A DNA stretch of 63,823 nucleotides, counting the filler, from Tortispora ganteri (lineage: Eukaryota): assembly GCA_003707115.1 (NCBI GenBank). It is 37 parts of 37 records of this genome, joined end to end, with 100 filler letters (N's around TTAATTAATTAA, not from the genome) between each part and the next. Parts side by side here need not be neighbours in the genome. Positions count along the whole stretch, not along the records: positions 49,207 to 50,616 come from PPNB01000176.1; positions 50,717 to 52,112 come from PPNB01000177.1; positions 52,213 to 53,605 come from PPNB01000178.1; positions 53,706 to 55,092 come from PPNB01000179.1; positions 55,193 to 56,579 come from PPNB01000180.1; positions 56,680 to 58,057 come from PPNB01000181.1; positions 58,158 to 59,508 come from PPNB01000182.1; positions 59,609 to 60,949 come from PPNB01000183.1; 29 more parts are not named here. One strand, given 5' to 3'. A program made the translations under genes and the position numbers. Numbering within the stretch: the first letter of the stretch is position 1; every line of letters begins with the position of its first letter. The notes below the pieces were generated by a model, which saw only the letters and a program-made list of their open reading frames with translations, had not been told where the DNA came from and searched no databases. This document shows positions 50,487 to 63,823 of this stretch, piece by piece.

Positions 50487-50716
50487 CATAAAAAAATGCG
50501 AGATGCCTAATGAGTTCAGGAGGTGCGCACAGAGAAAGAGAAAGGACGCGGAAGTGAAGGAGTGAGGTGTTGCGGAAAAAAAGAGAAAGAGGAAAGGGAA
50601 GAGAAGGGAATGAAGTNNNNNNNNNNNNNNNNNNNNNNNNNNNNNNNNNNNNNNNNNNNNTTAATTAATTAANNNNNNNNNNNNNNNNNNNNNNNNNNNN
50701 NNNNNNNNNNNNNNNN

Positions 50717-52112
50717 AGCACTGCTTCCTGGTACAACTCGACGACTTCGATGTGGCCCAATAGCACCGCTTCATGGCCAAACAGCACTGCTTCATGGATC
50801 AATTCGACGACTTCTATTTGGCCCAATAGCACCGCTTCATGGCCAAACAGCACTGCTTCATGGATCAATTCGACGACTTCGATGTGGCCAAACAACACTG
50901 CTTCCTGGTACAATTCGACGACTTCGATGTGGCCAAACAGCACTGCATCATGGATCAACTCGACGACTTCGATGTGGCCAAACAGCACCGCTTCATGGAT
51001 GAATTCTACGACTTCGATGTGGCCAAACAGCACTGCTTCCTGGTACAATTCGACGACTTCGATGTGGCCAAACAGCACCGCTTCATGGTACAATTCGACT
51101 ACTTCTATGTGGCCTAATAGCACCGCTTCATGGATCAATTCTACGACTTCGATGTGGCCAAACAGCACTGCTTCCTGGTACAACTCGACGACTTCTATGT
51201 GGCCTAATAGCACTGCTTCATGGCCAAACAGCACCGCTTCATGGATCAATTCGACGACTTCTATTTGGCCCAATAGCACCGCTTCATGGCCAAACAGTAC
51301 TGCATCATGGATGAATTCTACGACTTCGTTGTGGCCAAACAGCACCGCTTCATGGATCAATTCTACGACTTCTATGTGGCCTAGTAGCAGTGCTTCATGG
51401 AACAATTCAATGACTTCATTGAGGCCAAATAGCTCAGCATCGTGGAATGACTCGATGACTTCATTGAGGCCAAATAGCTCAGCATCGTGGAATGACTCTA
51501 TGACTTCAATGCTGCCTAATAGCACTCTCTCAACGACTAACGTAACGAGTATATTCTCGTCGATGAACGTGAACAGCACAGCTTCATGGGATAGTGTGCC
51601 CAGTATTTCTTCTTCAACTGCATCCCCTAATCCTGATCCAAACCAGGCATTCTGCGTTACCAAGCCGAACTATTCAAGTAACTCAGCATATGCCGCGCTG
51701 TATATGTCAAGCATTATTAACGTAAACGAAGAATATGTGGCTAATGGACTCTACAGAACTATTCCTCATTTGGAACTGGCTGCTGGACCGGCGAATGATA
51801 ATTATATTTTTGTCTCTACCACTGGCCAGTCCAGTAATGAGCTCATAGAAATTATCTTTTATGTTCAAAGCAGTGAGGAAGTCGACATTTGTTATATTAA
51901 GTTACTTCAGAAAGTGGAAGCTAACGGATACCTGTTTATTGGTGAAAATGCTGCTCAATGTTCAAATATCAGTGAAATTGGTATAGGCGGCTATAATAAT
52001 TCACAGTCTTTCACAGGTGAATGGATAATTTCTTATAATTTTTCGGCTAATGAGTGGTATCCTATGAGACTAGTTTTCATTTCTGAAGGATATACTGAAG
52101 GTATTGAAATCC
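50717..52112 (+). CDS. Adhesin-family fragment: MWPNSTASW stalk and PA14/GLEYA-like domain (both ends missing)
   Basis: IEIIFYVQ, YLFIGENAAQCSNISEIG, NEWYPMRLVF align with the other terminal domains. Confidence 0.75.
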
Positions 52113-52214
52113 NNNNNNNNNNNNNNNNNNNNNNNNNNNNNNNNNNNNNNNNNNNNTTAATTAATTAANNNNNNNNNNNNNNNNNNNNNNNNNNNNNNNN
52201 NNNNNNNNNNNNGC

Positions 52215-52451
52215 GAAGAAAGTTTGTCGACTATGCTAAAAGAAATTCGCCGTATGACTCCGAATATTGCAGCTTCTTTATCGGAATCTTTCTCGCATTC
52301 TGTGATTTCTTTGCATTCTGAATGCATTAAAAAAGGTGCAGATTTATTGACAAACATGATGGGACCAAATGATAGAAGGATTGGCACTAGCCTGTCAGCG
52401 TCTGTCCACAAAGTTTTCACATGCACTGACCCGAACGCTACAATATGCTAG
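52215..52451 (+). CDS. Crossover-junction endonuclease subunit Eme1/Mms4-like, C-terminal fragment
   Basis: MLKEIRRMTPNIAASL...RRIGTSLSASVHKVFTCTDP resembles the terminal HhH2 region of Eme1. Confidence 0.65.
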   Translation, partial: EESLSTMLKEIRRMTPNIAASLSESFSHSVISLHSECIKKGADLLTNMMGPNDRRIGTSLSASVHKVFTCTDPNATIC

Positions 52452-52526
52452 AGGCTACATGATTGCAGGAAACTATATTGATATTGTGTCATATTGTTGA
52501 TTATCTAGCTCATATAAGCATAGATA

Positions 52527-53605
52527 TTAATTGTAATCTAATCGCGGGATTGGTTTCAAAGAATCGTTCAGAGATAACCCGGGAAGCTCTTTCTCGAGGA
52601 TTGCAGAGGAAGAGGAAGATGAAATCGTGTTAGGAGACGCTTCAACTGCAGTCTCTTCTGATATTTCAGTCAGCCCTTGTCTAACTGCAAGTACTGAGTC
52701 AACAATAACGGCGTCGAGCCCGTATTTCATCTGTAAACGCGCGTACTCGGGCGTGTTGTTCATTGTACCATAAGAAAAGCATACTAGTCCTGATTCCTTT
52801 ACAACGCGGATCAGTCTCGGACACATGATTAACGGCTGACACGCAGAAACGAGACCCAAAAGGTTCCAGCGGGATGCAAATCTGATTGCCTCTTGTAAGC
52901 TGGTTGCACGAATATCAGCCATGTGTTCTGTGCCTGATTCGGTCAAGTACAATATAGGAATAGACGGTTGTTTCAGCGACAACATGACGCAGATATCCGG
53001 ATGAAAACTCGAAAATATGATATCTCTACCGTTCATATTGTCGTAAACAACTTGTAAGACCTTGTCTACCCAACTGTTCATATCAATTGCCATCTCGTCC
53101 ATATCCTGTGCCTCGCTCTCATCGAGCATGGGATACTTGCATTCGATGTTGAACCCCACACTTGGTGGCAAAATCTTGAAGACATTCTCTAGAGTAGTGA
53201 AAGGTGCCTGAATACTCACTCCGCGAGTGTTTCCTTTAAACCCTTTCTGCTTGAAATCGCGCGTAAACTTCATTCGTTCGTTTATGTCATCCTCTTCGGT
53301 ATAAGACTCCAGCGAATAGGAGCGCGGCCGTCTACTACTGTCTCTTTCTGGCGATATGAGTGTGCGCCGGCTCGGCGACGCGTTTCTGCTGCGACTGCGG
53401 CTCCTATTGGAGTGTTCCGACGCATTCAAGAACTGTTCCACTGTCAACGCATGCATGGGCACATCTATACCCGTTTCACCGACGAGAAAATCATGGTAGA
53501 TGACTGGCACATAATCCTTGGTAAGTTGAACGTCAAATTCGACATAGCTGGCGCCCAGGTTAGCAGCCGCAATGAAAGATTCGACTGTATTCTCTCCGAG
53601 TTGCA
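52527..53605 (-). CDS. GDE1: Glycerophosphocholine phosphodiesterase, C-terminal GDPD domain (5' missing)
   Basis: QLGENTVESFIAAANLGASYVEFDVQLTKD, VGFNIECKYPM, IIFSSFHPD, GLDAVIVD. Confidence 0.92.
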
Positions 53606-54056
53606 NNNNNNNNNNNNNNNNNNNNNNNNNNNNNNNNNNNNNNNNNNNNTTAATTAATTAANNNNNNNNNNNNNNNNNNNNNNNNNNNNNNNNNNNNNNN
53701 NNNNNAGCGAACGATTTTTTCATTTCATCAAAGAATGTCGACATTTTGGACAATTTTAATAGTCAAATAAGTAACTAATGCTTCTAATAGCGTCTAGTTT
53801 CGGATTTATAATTAAAGAAATGGGGGTATAGCGATGCCAGAAAGGGAGCACGCCCTTTATCAGAATTGATCTGTGTGCGTTCCTATGTTGCTATAGTTAC
53901 TTCTGTAACGCGCACTTCATTGCAAACACATGGTCCATGTCGAAATAGGCCACTGCCACTACTTCAATAAACGCTCATTAATAATCAAGGGTTATACTTT
54001 CAATGTTGATTCGAACTGCATTTTGATTGAATTTGTTTGGTATTATTATTGCTTTG

Positions 54057-55092
54057 ATGCTCTTTGGTAGTTTCTCGACCTTAGACGTCTTTTCGTTACT
54101 ACCCTTTGGGGCTGCTTTCGTTATCGTATACCTATTTGTCAGGCAATGGATCTTCAAGATATCGAAAAAATCTTTTGATTCAGACACTACTGACGAACTA
54201 TTGGTTATTTCTAGTCGAATAGCTTCTTTGACAATATCTTTATCTGTTGTTGTGGCTCAATTGGTTTTATATGAAATCCTGGGCTGGTCTAATTCTACAT
54301 CAGGGCTGCTGGTATGGTCGGTTGTGTCACCTTCCTTAATATTCTGCTTAACTATACTTGTTCCGATCGTATGCATACTAAAGTTTGTTGGTTATCCTAG
54401 GATTTTGTCGAAACCTGGCTGGTTGATGGTGGCAATGTTATACTTATCCTTAATCGGACTGTTCATTATTGCCGACAATACACTGCGCTTAATAATTCCT
54501 CGCAAAGATTATCATGGTGATGAGAACTATACCTATATGTTTGGTTTTGTGACATCTGCCATATATGCTCTGAAAAAATCGTGCTTAGAACAAATTGGAC
54601 TGTTTGGTATTACTATGATGGCTATTCTCAGTGGATTTGGTAGTGTTTCTGCCATCTATGCTGTATTCTTTGATCCGGCCAGAAAATCTCGTGAATTGAG
54701 AGAATGTGATACGCAGCGATTTGTGGTTTCTCTCAAGAGCACTGACGAGATGCTTACAGAAAAGTATTCACAACTGAATGCCCTGCTTGGATTGGGTGGT
54801 ACAGGTACTAATACGTCTTCGTCAGAAGCCGAACTGAAGAGTTATCTGCGAAACCATTCAGATAATGATACCAAGACAGATAGAGGTATATTTGGCAGTG
54901 TTATGTCTGGGTTCGGTAGAGGCGGCAAAACGCACAAGATCTCTTCATTGAGGCAAGAAATTCAGGGCTTGGAGTTACTGCGCAAATCTGTTGACCAAGA
55001 TCTGCGGACCTGTAACAAGAGGATGCAACAGCAGGAATACGAACGTACAACTGTCGGCTGGATAAGCAAACAGATGTATGGGATATTTTCAT
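54057..55092 (+). CDS. GPR89-family protein, 5' part (copy without MULE)
   Basis: Six amino-acid differences from 36344-37379; upstream sequence differs left of 53911. Confidence 0.85.
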
Positions 55093-55192
55093 NNNNNNNN
55101 NNNNNNNNNNNNNNNNNNNNNNNNNNNNNNNNNNNNTTAATTAATTAANNNNNNNNNNNNNNNNNNNNNNNNNNNNNNNNNNNNNNNNNNNN

Positions 55193-56385
55193 GAATACTT
55201 CACATTATCGGATATGCTTGACAGTGGAAGCACAGAAACGGTCGAATAATTCGAGAAAAACAATGAGATAGGCGATGGAGACTCAGAATACGCGTCAGCA
55301 GTTTCTGACGAGAATTCTGGTAGCAGAGCCGAAGAAGGAGAAGGAGAAGGAGAAGGAGAAGGAGAAGGAGAAGGAGAAGGAGAAGGAGAAGGAGAAGGAG
55401 AAGGAGAAGGAGAAGGAGAAGGAGAAGGAGACGGAGAAGGAGAAGAAGAGGGAGAAGAAGAAGGAGAAGAGGAAGAAGAAGAGGAAGAGGAAGAAGAGGA
55501 AGAGGAAGAAATAAGTGAAAGTGTAGAATACTTCACATTATCGGATATGCTTGACAGTGGAAGCACAGAAACGGTCGAATAATTCGAGAAAAACAATGAG
55601 ATAGGCGATGGAGACTCAGAATACGCGTCAGCAGTTTCTGACGAGAATTCTGGTAGCAGAGAACTGTCAGAAGTAGTTCTTGAGATCGGAAGCACAGAGT
55701 TAGTACGATGAGAGCTTGTGATCGATTCATCAGACTTCAAACTATTCGTGGTTTGTGACGAGAATGCATTGGTAGAACGGAAGATCGGGTTGACATCGCC
55801 ACTGGATTCTGTAGATTTCAAGCTATACGTAGTTTGTGACGAGAATGCATTGGTAGAACGGAAGATCGGATTGACATCGCCACTGGATTCTGAAGATTTC
55901 AAGCTATTCGTAGTTTGTGACGAGAATACATTGGTGGAACGGTATATCGGATTGACATCGCCACTGGATTCTGTAGATTTCAAGCTATTCGTAGTTTGTG
56001 ACGAGAATGCATTGGTAGAACGGTATATGGGGTTGACATCGCCACTGGATTCTGTAGAAGGAAATACTGTAGTGACAACTGTGGTCACGACCGGGACTTC
56101 AACGCTAATGCTTAGATCCATTGAAACGGAGAATCCGAATTCTTCGTAATAACTCCAGATGTAAGTATGCGAGTCATTTACAAGAGGCGGTTTAGGCACA
56201 TAAGTTACTACTGCCGGTTGACAATTGTGGCAGTACCAACCGTCTACATCGGTTATAACAGGCTCACAGTAATCATCATAGACGGTAGCTTGACCTTTCG
56301 TGGAAGTGAATGAACGAGCATATACTGTTGTAGTTTCAACAGGTGGTTCGCAGAGAACAGTTTCGATTTCGGTAAAAGTTGCCAT
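55193..56385 (-). CDS. Adhesin-family gene, 5' part: Cys-rich N-terminal domain, four 27-aa (81-bp) repeats, Ser/Pro repeats
   Basis: LCEPPVETTTVY...ATVYDDYC...GWYCHNCQP...PPLV...TYIWSYYEE; repeat STESSGDVNPIYRSTNAFSSQTTNSLK. Confidence 0.8.
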
Positions 56386-58157
56386 CAGTTAAGGAAACTG
56401 GCCTAACTCCATTTTTTGTGGCGGTTAAATAAGTTCCTTCAAGCAGAGATAGATTAGACGCAGTAAGTTCATTACAAGGTTTAGTCTATCCACAATAAGT
56501 GTACTACAAATAAAATTAACCGTACACCAAAACTTGGGTCTTGGCGAATGAAATATAACCGACGACTCCGGAGCAGAAGNNNNNNNNNNNNNNNNNNNNN
56601 NNNNNNNNNNNNNNNNNNNNNNNTTAATTAATTAANNNNNNNNNNNNNNNNNNNNNNNNNNNNNNNNNNNNNNNNNNNNCACCCCCGACGTGCTAGCAAA
56701 AACTCGTCCATAAACCGTCGTTGTTTCCACCGGCGGCTCGCATAAAAACGTCTTCACTTCCGTACTCGTCCTCATGTTGCTATCGGTTGGTAGGTCTCAT
56801 TGCCAGAGAATAACCTGCTAGCCTCAGCGAGTCGGACTAACTTGCCCGACTCCGACCGAGCCAAAATCTAAACAATCGGCTCTCCTAGCGACCACGCTAA
56901 AAACCTGTACCAATACCAACAGTTATACCAGCACTAGTCAAGCCACTATTATAAGCATTAAATTAATAATCGATCTCAATTGCTAAACCATATTCGCCAG
57001 TCGGATACGTCTCATAACTAAATTGTCGCCACCATATGCTCGTAAAACAGTACATATCTGCTAGGCTTCCATGATTTCTTGTATTGAAACCTCCTACTAT
57101 GAATTCAAATATCTGCAAATCAAGCAGTGCCTGAATACCTCTACTTTGAGAACAGCACAAAACTGCATTCGCCTCACGTGAACGCGCCAAGTTGACGCTG
57201 GCGTTAACGTTAAGTCAAGGTGCCGAATGTATAACCTTATCTTTCGTACCAATGCAGCCGAGTGACCACATCTTGCAGGCATCCAGCCATTAACTTCTCA
57301 GCCAATCTTCCACGTGCAATTAATGAGTATGCTAAGCAATTCTCCACCACATTCAATCATGTGTATGTCGTCTCATCACATAATCAATTATCTTTGTTAT
57401 GCATTGCTGATAGTATCAGCTATAAACTGTTGCAACGATATCGCGGTATGAGTCCGTTATACGCCATAACCTCCCAGAACCCTATAGAAACGTGCTAATA
57501 AACCGTGCAAAAGTCGACATATAGATCTTAGAAAAACTTACTTGCTTCAACTACGGTCTTCATCTTGTGCTGAAAGTAAAATCACACCTTCAAACTAGTA
57601 TCTGACACGTTGCTGCTCGTCGAGTCACACTGTGAACCATTGAGTAACCTTTCGCACCAATTCAGATAACTACAGTTAGCTAACAGCGGGAAGACTTAGC
57701 AGAGAAGCTAGCTTGCATTTTTTATATTCAAATAGAATCTCATTCCCGAATCTAGAGGCAGTCCACTTTGTCGAGAATAAAGTATCGTTTACGCACAAAA
57801 TTTCCACTTTCTGAACCAAATTCAAGATGCAAGTCCGTAAACCAATCGTATCTCTACAATCAATAATCGGCCGTTGTTTCCACAAAAGGGTAAATATCCG
57901 AATTGCATAAAAACCATGCATGACTATAGAGCCTCAAAAACTGTGCATGGCTACTATGCTTATTCGGTTTATTACTACCTTCAAGACCACTAAACGACGT
58001 TAATTCATTGTAAAGCTTTATATGACGATAAACATCAATATTTTATAGTGATTCAGTNNNNNNNNNNNNNNNNNNNNNNNNNNNNNNNNNNNNNNNNNNN
58101 NTTAATTAATTAANNNNNNNNNNNNNNNNNNNNNNNNNNNNNNNNNNNNNNNNNNNN

Positions 58158-59508
58158 ATTTTAAAGCAGCGCATCTTTTCGCCTAGTGGGTGCCTAGCAC
58201 TGTACGTTGAGAGCATGCAATGAGACAAAGCAGAAGATATTATAGATCTTCAGGCTACGGCAAATGGAGTATTGCGAATACTTTAGCCGAAGACATTAAT
58301 TTTATGCTATAACTACTGTATCTTCAGTGCGCAGTGAAACCATACAGTATTACAGATATATATTGCTATAGTGGTTGACGATCTTTAGCGATTAAGGTTT
58401 CGGGCCGAGGCAATATATCCCGATTAGGCAGTATAAACCTTATATTAGCCAATCAATTAGCTGCACAGTTTATTCAAAAAATTAGAGTTTGAAACAATAT
58501 TGACCAATCAGAAGGCCTAATTGCACAATCAGGTTAGGGTAAGAAATCAGCCAATAAGAAGCTTTATTTTACAATTAAAGTTTGGTCTGGATGAACCAAT
58601 CAGAGACGATCGATTCGATCGAAAGTTAAGCTTTTGGATCGACCAATCAGAGGTAATCGATCCGATCGAAGGTTAAGCTTTTAGATCGACCAATCAGAGG
58701 TGATCGATCCGATCGAAAGTTAAGCTTTTAGATCGACCAATAAGAGGCGATCGATCCGATCGAAGGTTAAAGTTTCAGATCGAAGGTTAAGCTTTTAGAT
58801 CGACCAATCAGAAGCGATCGATCCGATCGAAGGTTAAAGTTTTAGATCGAAGGTTAAGCTTTTAAATCGACCAATAAGAGGCGATCGATCCGATCGAAGG
58901 TTAAAGTTTTAGATCGAAGGTTAAGCTTTTAAATCGACCAATCAGAAGCGATCGATCCGATCGAAGGTTAAAGTTTTAGATCGAAGGTTAAGCTTTTAAA
59001 TCGACCAATAAGAGGCGATCGATGCGATCGAAGGTTAAAGTTTTAGATCGAAGGTTAAGCTTTTAAATCGACCAATAAGAGGCGATCGATCCGATCGAAG
59101 GTTAAAGTTTTAGATCGAAGGTTAAGCTTTTAGATCGACCAATCAGAAGCCACGGTACAAAATAAGGTTAAAGTTTGAAACTGACCAATCAGAAGCTCTG
59201 ATTCACAAATAAGGTTAAAGTTTACGGGTAACCAATCAGAAGCCTCGAAAATCAGGTTAGGGTTTCCCGTTTTCTCGGGAAGGGTTCAGGGTTATTTTGG
59301 CCTTTCAGTGATTTTCTGCAACTTTAATTCAGGGTATAGGGTATATCACCTGATATATAGCCAATAGGATGCATTGCTCGACATCTTTCTTCAGTTCTAA
59401 AAAAACTTTATTCAAGGGTATAGGTGTTTGCACGTGATATTTATAGCCAATAGGGGGCGCTGTTTGCTCTCCTTCACTAGGCTTACTCCACCTCTCGTCG
59501 ACGACCGT
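58158..59508. repeat. Segment of ~2.6-kb repeat unit with 47/67-bp array (~58595-59150)
   Basis: Variant of 40849-42107; first 17 nt equal the last 17 nt of 61050-62387. Confidence 0.92.
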
Positions 59509-59608
59509 NNNNNNNNNNNNNNNNNNNNNNNNNNNNNNNNNNNNNNNNNNNNTTAATTAATTAANNNNNNNNNNNNNNNNNNNNNNNNNNNNNNNNNNNN
59601 NNNNNNNN

Positions 59609-60638
59609 CTTACCAACTTCGTCAGGCAACTCGAGCGCCTTGCCAACATCGATCTATAGCAACTCGAGTGTCTTACCAACTTCGTCAGGCAACTCGAGCG
59701 CCTTGCCAACATCGATCTATAGCAACTCGAGTGCCTTGCCGACATCGATATACAGCAACTCGAGCGCCTTGCCATCGTCGATCTATAGCAACTCGAGTGT
59801 CTTACCAACTTCGTCAGGCAACTCGAGTGTCTTGCCAACATCGATCTATAGAAACTCGAGCGTATTGCCATCATCGATCTATAGTAACTCGAGCGTATTG
59901 CCATCATCGATCTACAGCAACTCGAGCGCCTTGGCAACTTCGATTTTCAGGAACTCGAGTGTCTTGCCGACATCGATCTACAGCAACTCTAGTGCCTTGC
60001 CGACATCGATTTACAGCAACTCAAGCGTCTTGCCGACATTGACGGGCAACTCTAGCAGATTGACAGTTTCTTCGTCTGGAATTGTGGGATCTTCATTGGT
60101 GTTAAGCAGTTCTAGTTCTAGTTCTAGTCTGAGTTCTAGCGCGTCGAGTAGCAGCAGCTGCGGAGTGGTGTCAAACGCTTGCAAGTGCGAACCGTCGCAG
60201 ACGCTGCTGGCGCGAGAGTGGACGGTGGATCTTAAACATTACAATGAAACGGATATAGTGGAAGGGAAGTACCGGGTAGGGAATTCCAGCAAGGTTGACA
60301 TGGCAATTAGTTATCGACCTCCATACATCTTATATAGCGCTGAAGGTAAGGGCAATGCAGTCACGGAGGTGCTTATGTATGCTTCTGGACTGAGCGCAGT
60401 ATTACAGGTCGAATTTGGTATGCAATACTCATGCTATCTGTACGCGGGCGAAAGCGGGATGATGTGCAGCGACATAGAGACAATCGGAAGCGGTGGATGG
60501 AATATTACGCTACCTTACCTTCGCGTGAGCGCGAGGGTTATTGATCGGTCATTGTCGGCGGGGTGGACGCCGTTGCGATTTGTGTTCTACAGTGAACAGC
60601 AGGGCAACATAGATATTGTGTTCCGCTATCCTTTCTAG
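59609..60638 (+). CDS. Adhesin-family gene, 3' part: 33-bp stalk and terminal PA14/GLEYA-like domain (third variant)
   Basis: CGVVSNACKCEPSQ...YLYAGESGMMC...LSAGWTPLRFVFY; stop 60638; same downstream module. Confidence 0.8.
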
Positions 60639-61381
60639 TTTTTTGTTGTAGTTATGAATTGATCGTTTCAACGAGTGTGGGGACGGGAGTAGAGAGAGAG
60701 AGAATTGAAGGGGAATGGAGACTAATCTCGGCGATAGCGGAGATTAGATGGGTAAGATAGAGTGTAGATAATTACCCGATTGGGACAGTCCGAATTGGGA
60801 ATAAACATAGATCACCTGACGTCCCGAAATAGAAATACAATATATATAAAACCCCCGCCACCCCTACTATTGATGCATGTTTGACTGAATGTAAATGAGC
60901 AGGCATTGTCTACGTGAATTGCCAAAACTATCGATACTAAAAGTGCGGTNNNNNNNNNNNNNNNNNNNNNNNNNNNNNNNNNNNNNNNNNNNNTTAATTA
61001 ATTAANNNNNNNNNNNNNNNNNNNNNNNNNNNNNNNNNNNNNNNNNNNNAATCGCAATTTAGCTGACACACAAGAACGTAGGTATACTCTTGATACGCCA
61101 GAATAGAGCCTAATCAAACTGGTTGTCTCGAAGATCTAATGCTTGCTTTGCAACAGCTTGACGAACAACGATTTGCTGCAAGATAGTCACAGATGCACTC
61201 AAGCAGCTTAGGTACCAAGCTAAGGACCAGAAACCACACAAAGAGAAATTGAGACCACCGAAAGTAAAGTAAGACTACCAAAAGTAAAGTATGGAAGCCG
61301 AAGTGAAGGTATCTGAGGTTAAGGCAAGACAGCCAATACTAAGTCAGAGACAAAATAGCAGATAATGATCTAGCATATCGA

Positions 61382-62387
61382 TAGATAGCGTGTTCCTCAA
61401 TGTCGAAGCAGGTGGCTTTGGTGGTTTTTACGAGTACTGCGATTTGCTCAATTTTGTTGGCGAACTATCATGAGCCGCGTGAAAGGCCTAGAAGAGGCTC
61501 TGAAGGTATTGTAAGCAGACTGATCGGTTATTCGAGTATTTATTGACGTTTTAGAGGCTTTAAGAGCAATCTCTAAAAAATCAAGATTTTCGTGAAATCT
61601 GAAAATTTACCAAGGCTATAGCCTTAGTGTTTTTTGCGATTTTCAAGATTTTCACGATTTTCACGGTTTTCACAGTAAACTGTCACCAGCTGCAGAAAAC
61701 ACTCCTTGAAGGTATTATATGCATAAGGGAACGATATTTGAGTATTTTGGTGGCGTTTGGGCCGCTATAATGAGCACTTTTAGAAAAATCATGATTTTCG
61801 CGAAATCCGAAAATTTACCAAGGGTGTAGCCTTGGTGTTTTTTGCCATTCCACCATTTGCACACGATTTTCGCGATTCTGCTAATTAGAAACCACAAACC
61901 GCGCCAAATGCTGTAGAAACATGCCCTAAAACTGTGATAAAGATAGTCGAAGAATAATCAATTATTTAGTGGAGTTTTAATGGTTATATACTGCTGTGGC
62001 AGGTTGAAGGAACATATATAGCCTGCCCTATAATTCCCCTTGCCAACCTTGGCAGTTTTGGATAAGTTTGATATTCTTGTAATACTGTCCAAAACAGTCG
62101 TGAATATCGTCGAAAAGCAATCGAAGCTGTGAATATTTATGTTCCTACTATTTGAATGAAGCTTATTTTGTGATGTTGCATGTTAACGTGCAATGAAGAT
62201 GCAATTCTAATTTCTGCACTGCTTGTCGATCCTGAAGGCATGTATCGTTGATTTTGTTGATTCGGTTCCAATGCCGGCGAAACGGCATTCACAAACGTGA
62301 ACATAGTTTCAAACTACTAGCATCACTGATCGGTTTTATTTAGAAACACATTATTATTTGTGTTTGTAGCATTTTAAAGCAGCGCAT
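61382..62387. repeat. Segment of ~2.6-kb repeat unit with unique left flank
   Basis: Homology to 49230 onward starts at TAGATAGCGTG; reverse complement of ~25750-26665. Confidence 0.9.
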
Positions 62388-62487
62388 NNNNNNNNNNNNN
62401 NNNNNNNNNNNNNNNNNNNNNNNNNNNNNNNTTAATTAATTAANNNNNNNNNNNNNNNNNNNNNNNNNNNNNNNNNNNNNNNNNNNN

Positions 62488-63823
62488 AACGATCCAGATG
62501 ACGCTGAGCCAGACGAAGCTAAGCCAGAAGAGACTGAGCCAGATGACGCTGAGCCAGACGATAACAATCCAGACGACAACGATCCAGATGACAACGATCC
62601 AGATGATAACGATCCAGACGATAACGATCCAGATGACGCAGAGCCAGATGACGCTGAGACAGACGACGCTGAGCCAGATGATAACGATCCAGACGAGGCA
62701 GAGCCAAATGACGCTGAGACAGACGACGCTGAGCCAGATGATAACGATCCAGACGAGGCAGAGCCAGATGACGCTGAGTTAAACGACGCTGAGCCAGACG
62801 ACGCTGAGCCAGACGATGACACTACAGACGATGCCGATCCAGACGATGCCGATCCAGATGATAACGAACCAGACGACGCTGAGCCAGATGATAACGATCC
62901 AGACGACGCTGAGCCAGAAGACGCTGATCCAGATGACGCTGAGACAGATGAAACTGAGCCAGAAGAAGCTGAGCCAGATGAAACTGAGACAGACGATAAC
63001 GATCCAGATGACGCTGATCCAGAAGACAACGATCCAGATGATAACGATCCAGAAGACAACGATCCAGATGAGGCTGATCCAGATGAGGCTGATCCAGATG
63101 ATAACGATCCAGATGACAACGATCCAGATGACAACGATCCAGATGACAACGATCCAGATGATAACGATCCAGATGATAACGATCCAGATGATAACGATCC
63201 AGATGATAACGATCCAGATGACAACGATCCAGATGACAACGATCCAGATGACAACGATCCAGATGACAACGATCCAGACGACGCTGAGCCAGATGACGCT
63301 GAGCCAGATGACGCTGAGCCAGATGACGCTGAGCCAGATGAGGCAGAGCCAGACGCTAACGATCCAGACGATAACGATCCAGACGATAACGATCCAGACG
63401 ATAACGATCCAGACGATAACGATCCAGACGATAACGATCCAGACGATGCCGATCCAGACGAGGCAGAGCCAGATGACGCTGAGTTAAACGACGCAGAGCC
63501 AGAAGAAGCTGAGCCAGATGAAACTGAACCAGATGAAACTGAGCCAGATGAAACTGAACCAGAAGACAACGATCCAGATGATAACGATCCAGATGATAAC
63601 GATCCAGAAGACAACGATCCAGATGACAACGATCCAGATGACAACGATCCAGATGACGCTGAGCCAGACGAAGCTAAGCCAGAAGAGACTGAGCCAGATG
63701 ACGCTGAGCCAGACGATAACAATCCAGACGACAACGATCCAGATGACAACGATCCAGATGATAACGATCCAGACGATAACGATCCAGATGACGCAGAGCC
63801 AGATGACGCTGAGACAGACGACG
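62488..63823 (-). CDS. Internal stalk fragment, SSGSL/SSGSA 15-bp repeat
   Basis: Open Ser-rich frame; same repeat family as 13688-15516. Confidence 0.75.

Noticed and set aside
56680..58057. Short ORFs in unique contigs (also 11746-12650, 38034-39081, and within the 2.6-kb repeat)
   Set aside because: Under 110 aa, many with non-ATG starts, no recognisable motifs.

Overview
Not one locus: 37 short (~1.3-1.9 kb) unplaced contigs joined by an artificial 100-nt spacer (N44-TTAATTAATTAA-N44), so neighbours in the window are not genomic neighbours. The DNA is from an ascomycete yeast (GTAAGT/GCTAAC/TAG intron; CUG read as Leu), probably a heterozygous diploid. Contents: (1) fragments of a large family of Ser-rich adhesin-like genes: shared Cys-rich N-terminal domain, interchangeable repeat stalks, and a C-terminal PA14/GLEYA-like domain whose framework is near-identical between copies while alternate, probably surface, residues are hypervariable; (2) a large Mutator (MULE) transposase split over four contigs, with filled and empty versions of one insertion site; (3) a ~2.6-kb non-coding repeat unit that closes on itself and carries CCAAT/GATC subrepeats, plus a ~181-bp satellite; (4) housekeeping genes or fragments (VMA1, CHS7 x2, SER3-like x2, GID7-like, mitochondrial ProRS, GPR89-like x2, GDE1, EME1/MMS4-like, PI31, TRP-type channel). 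All family calls are by motif recognition; no searches were run.
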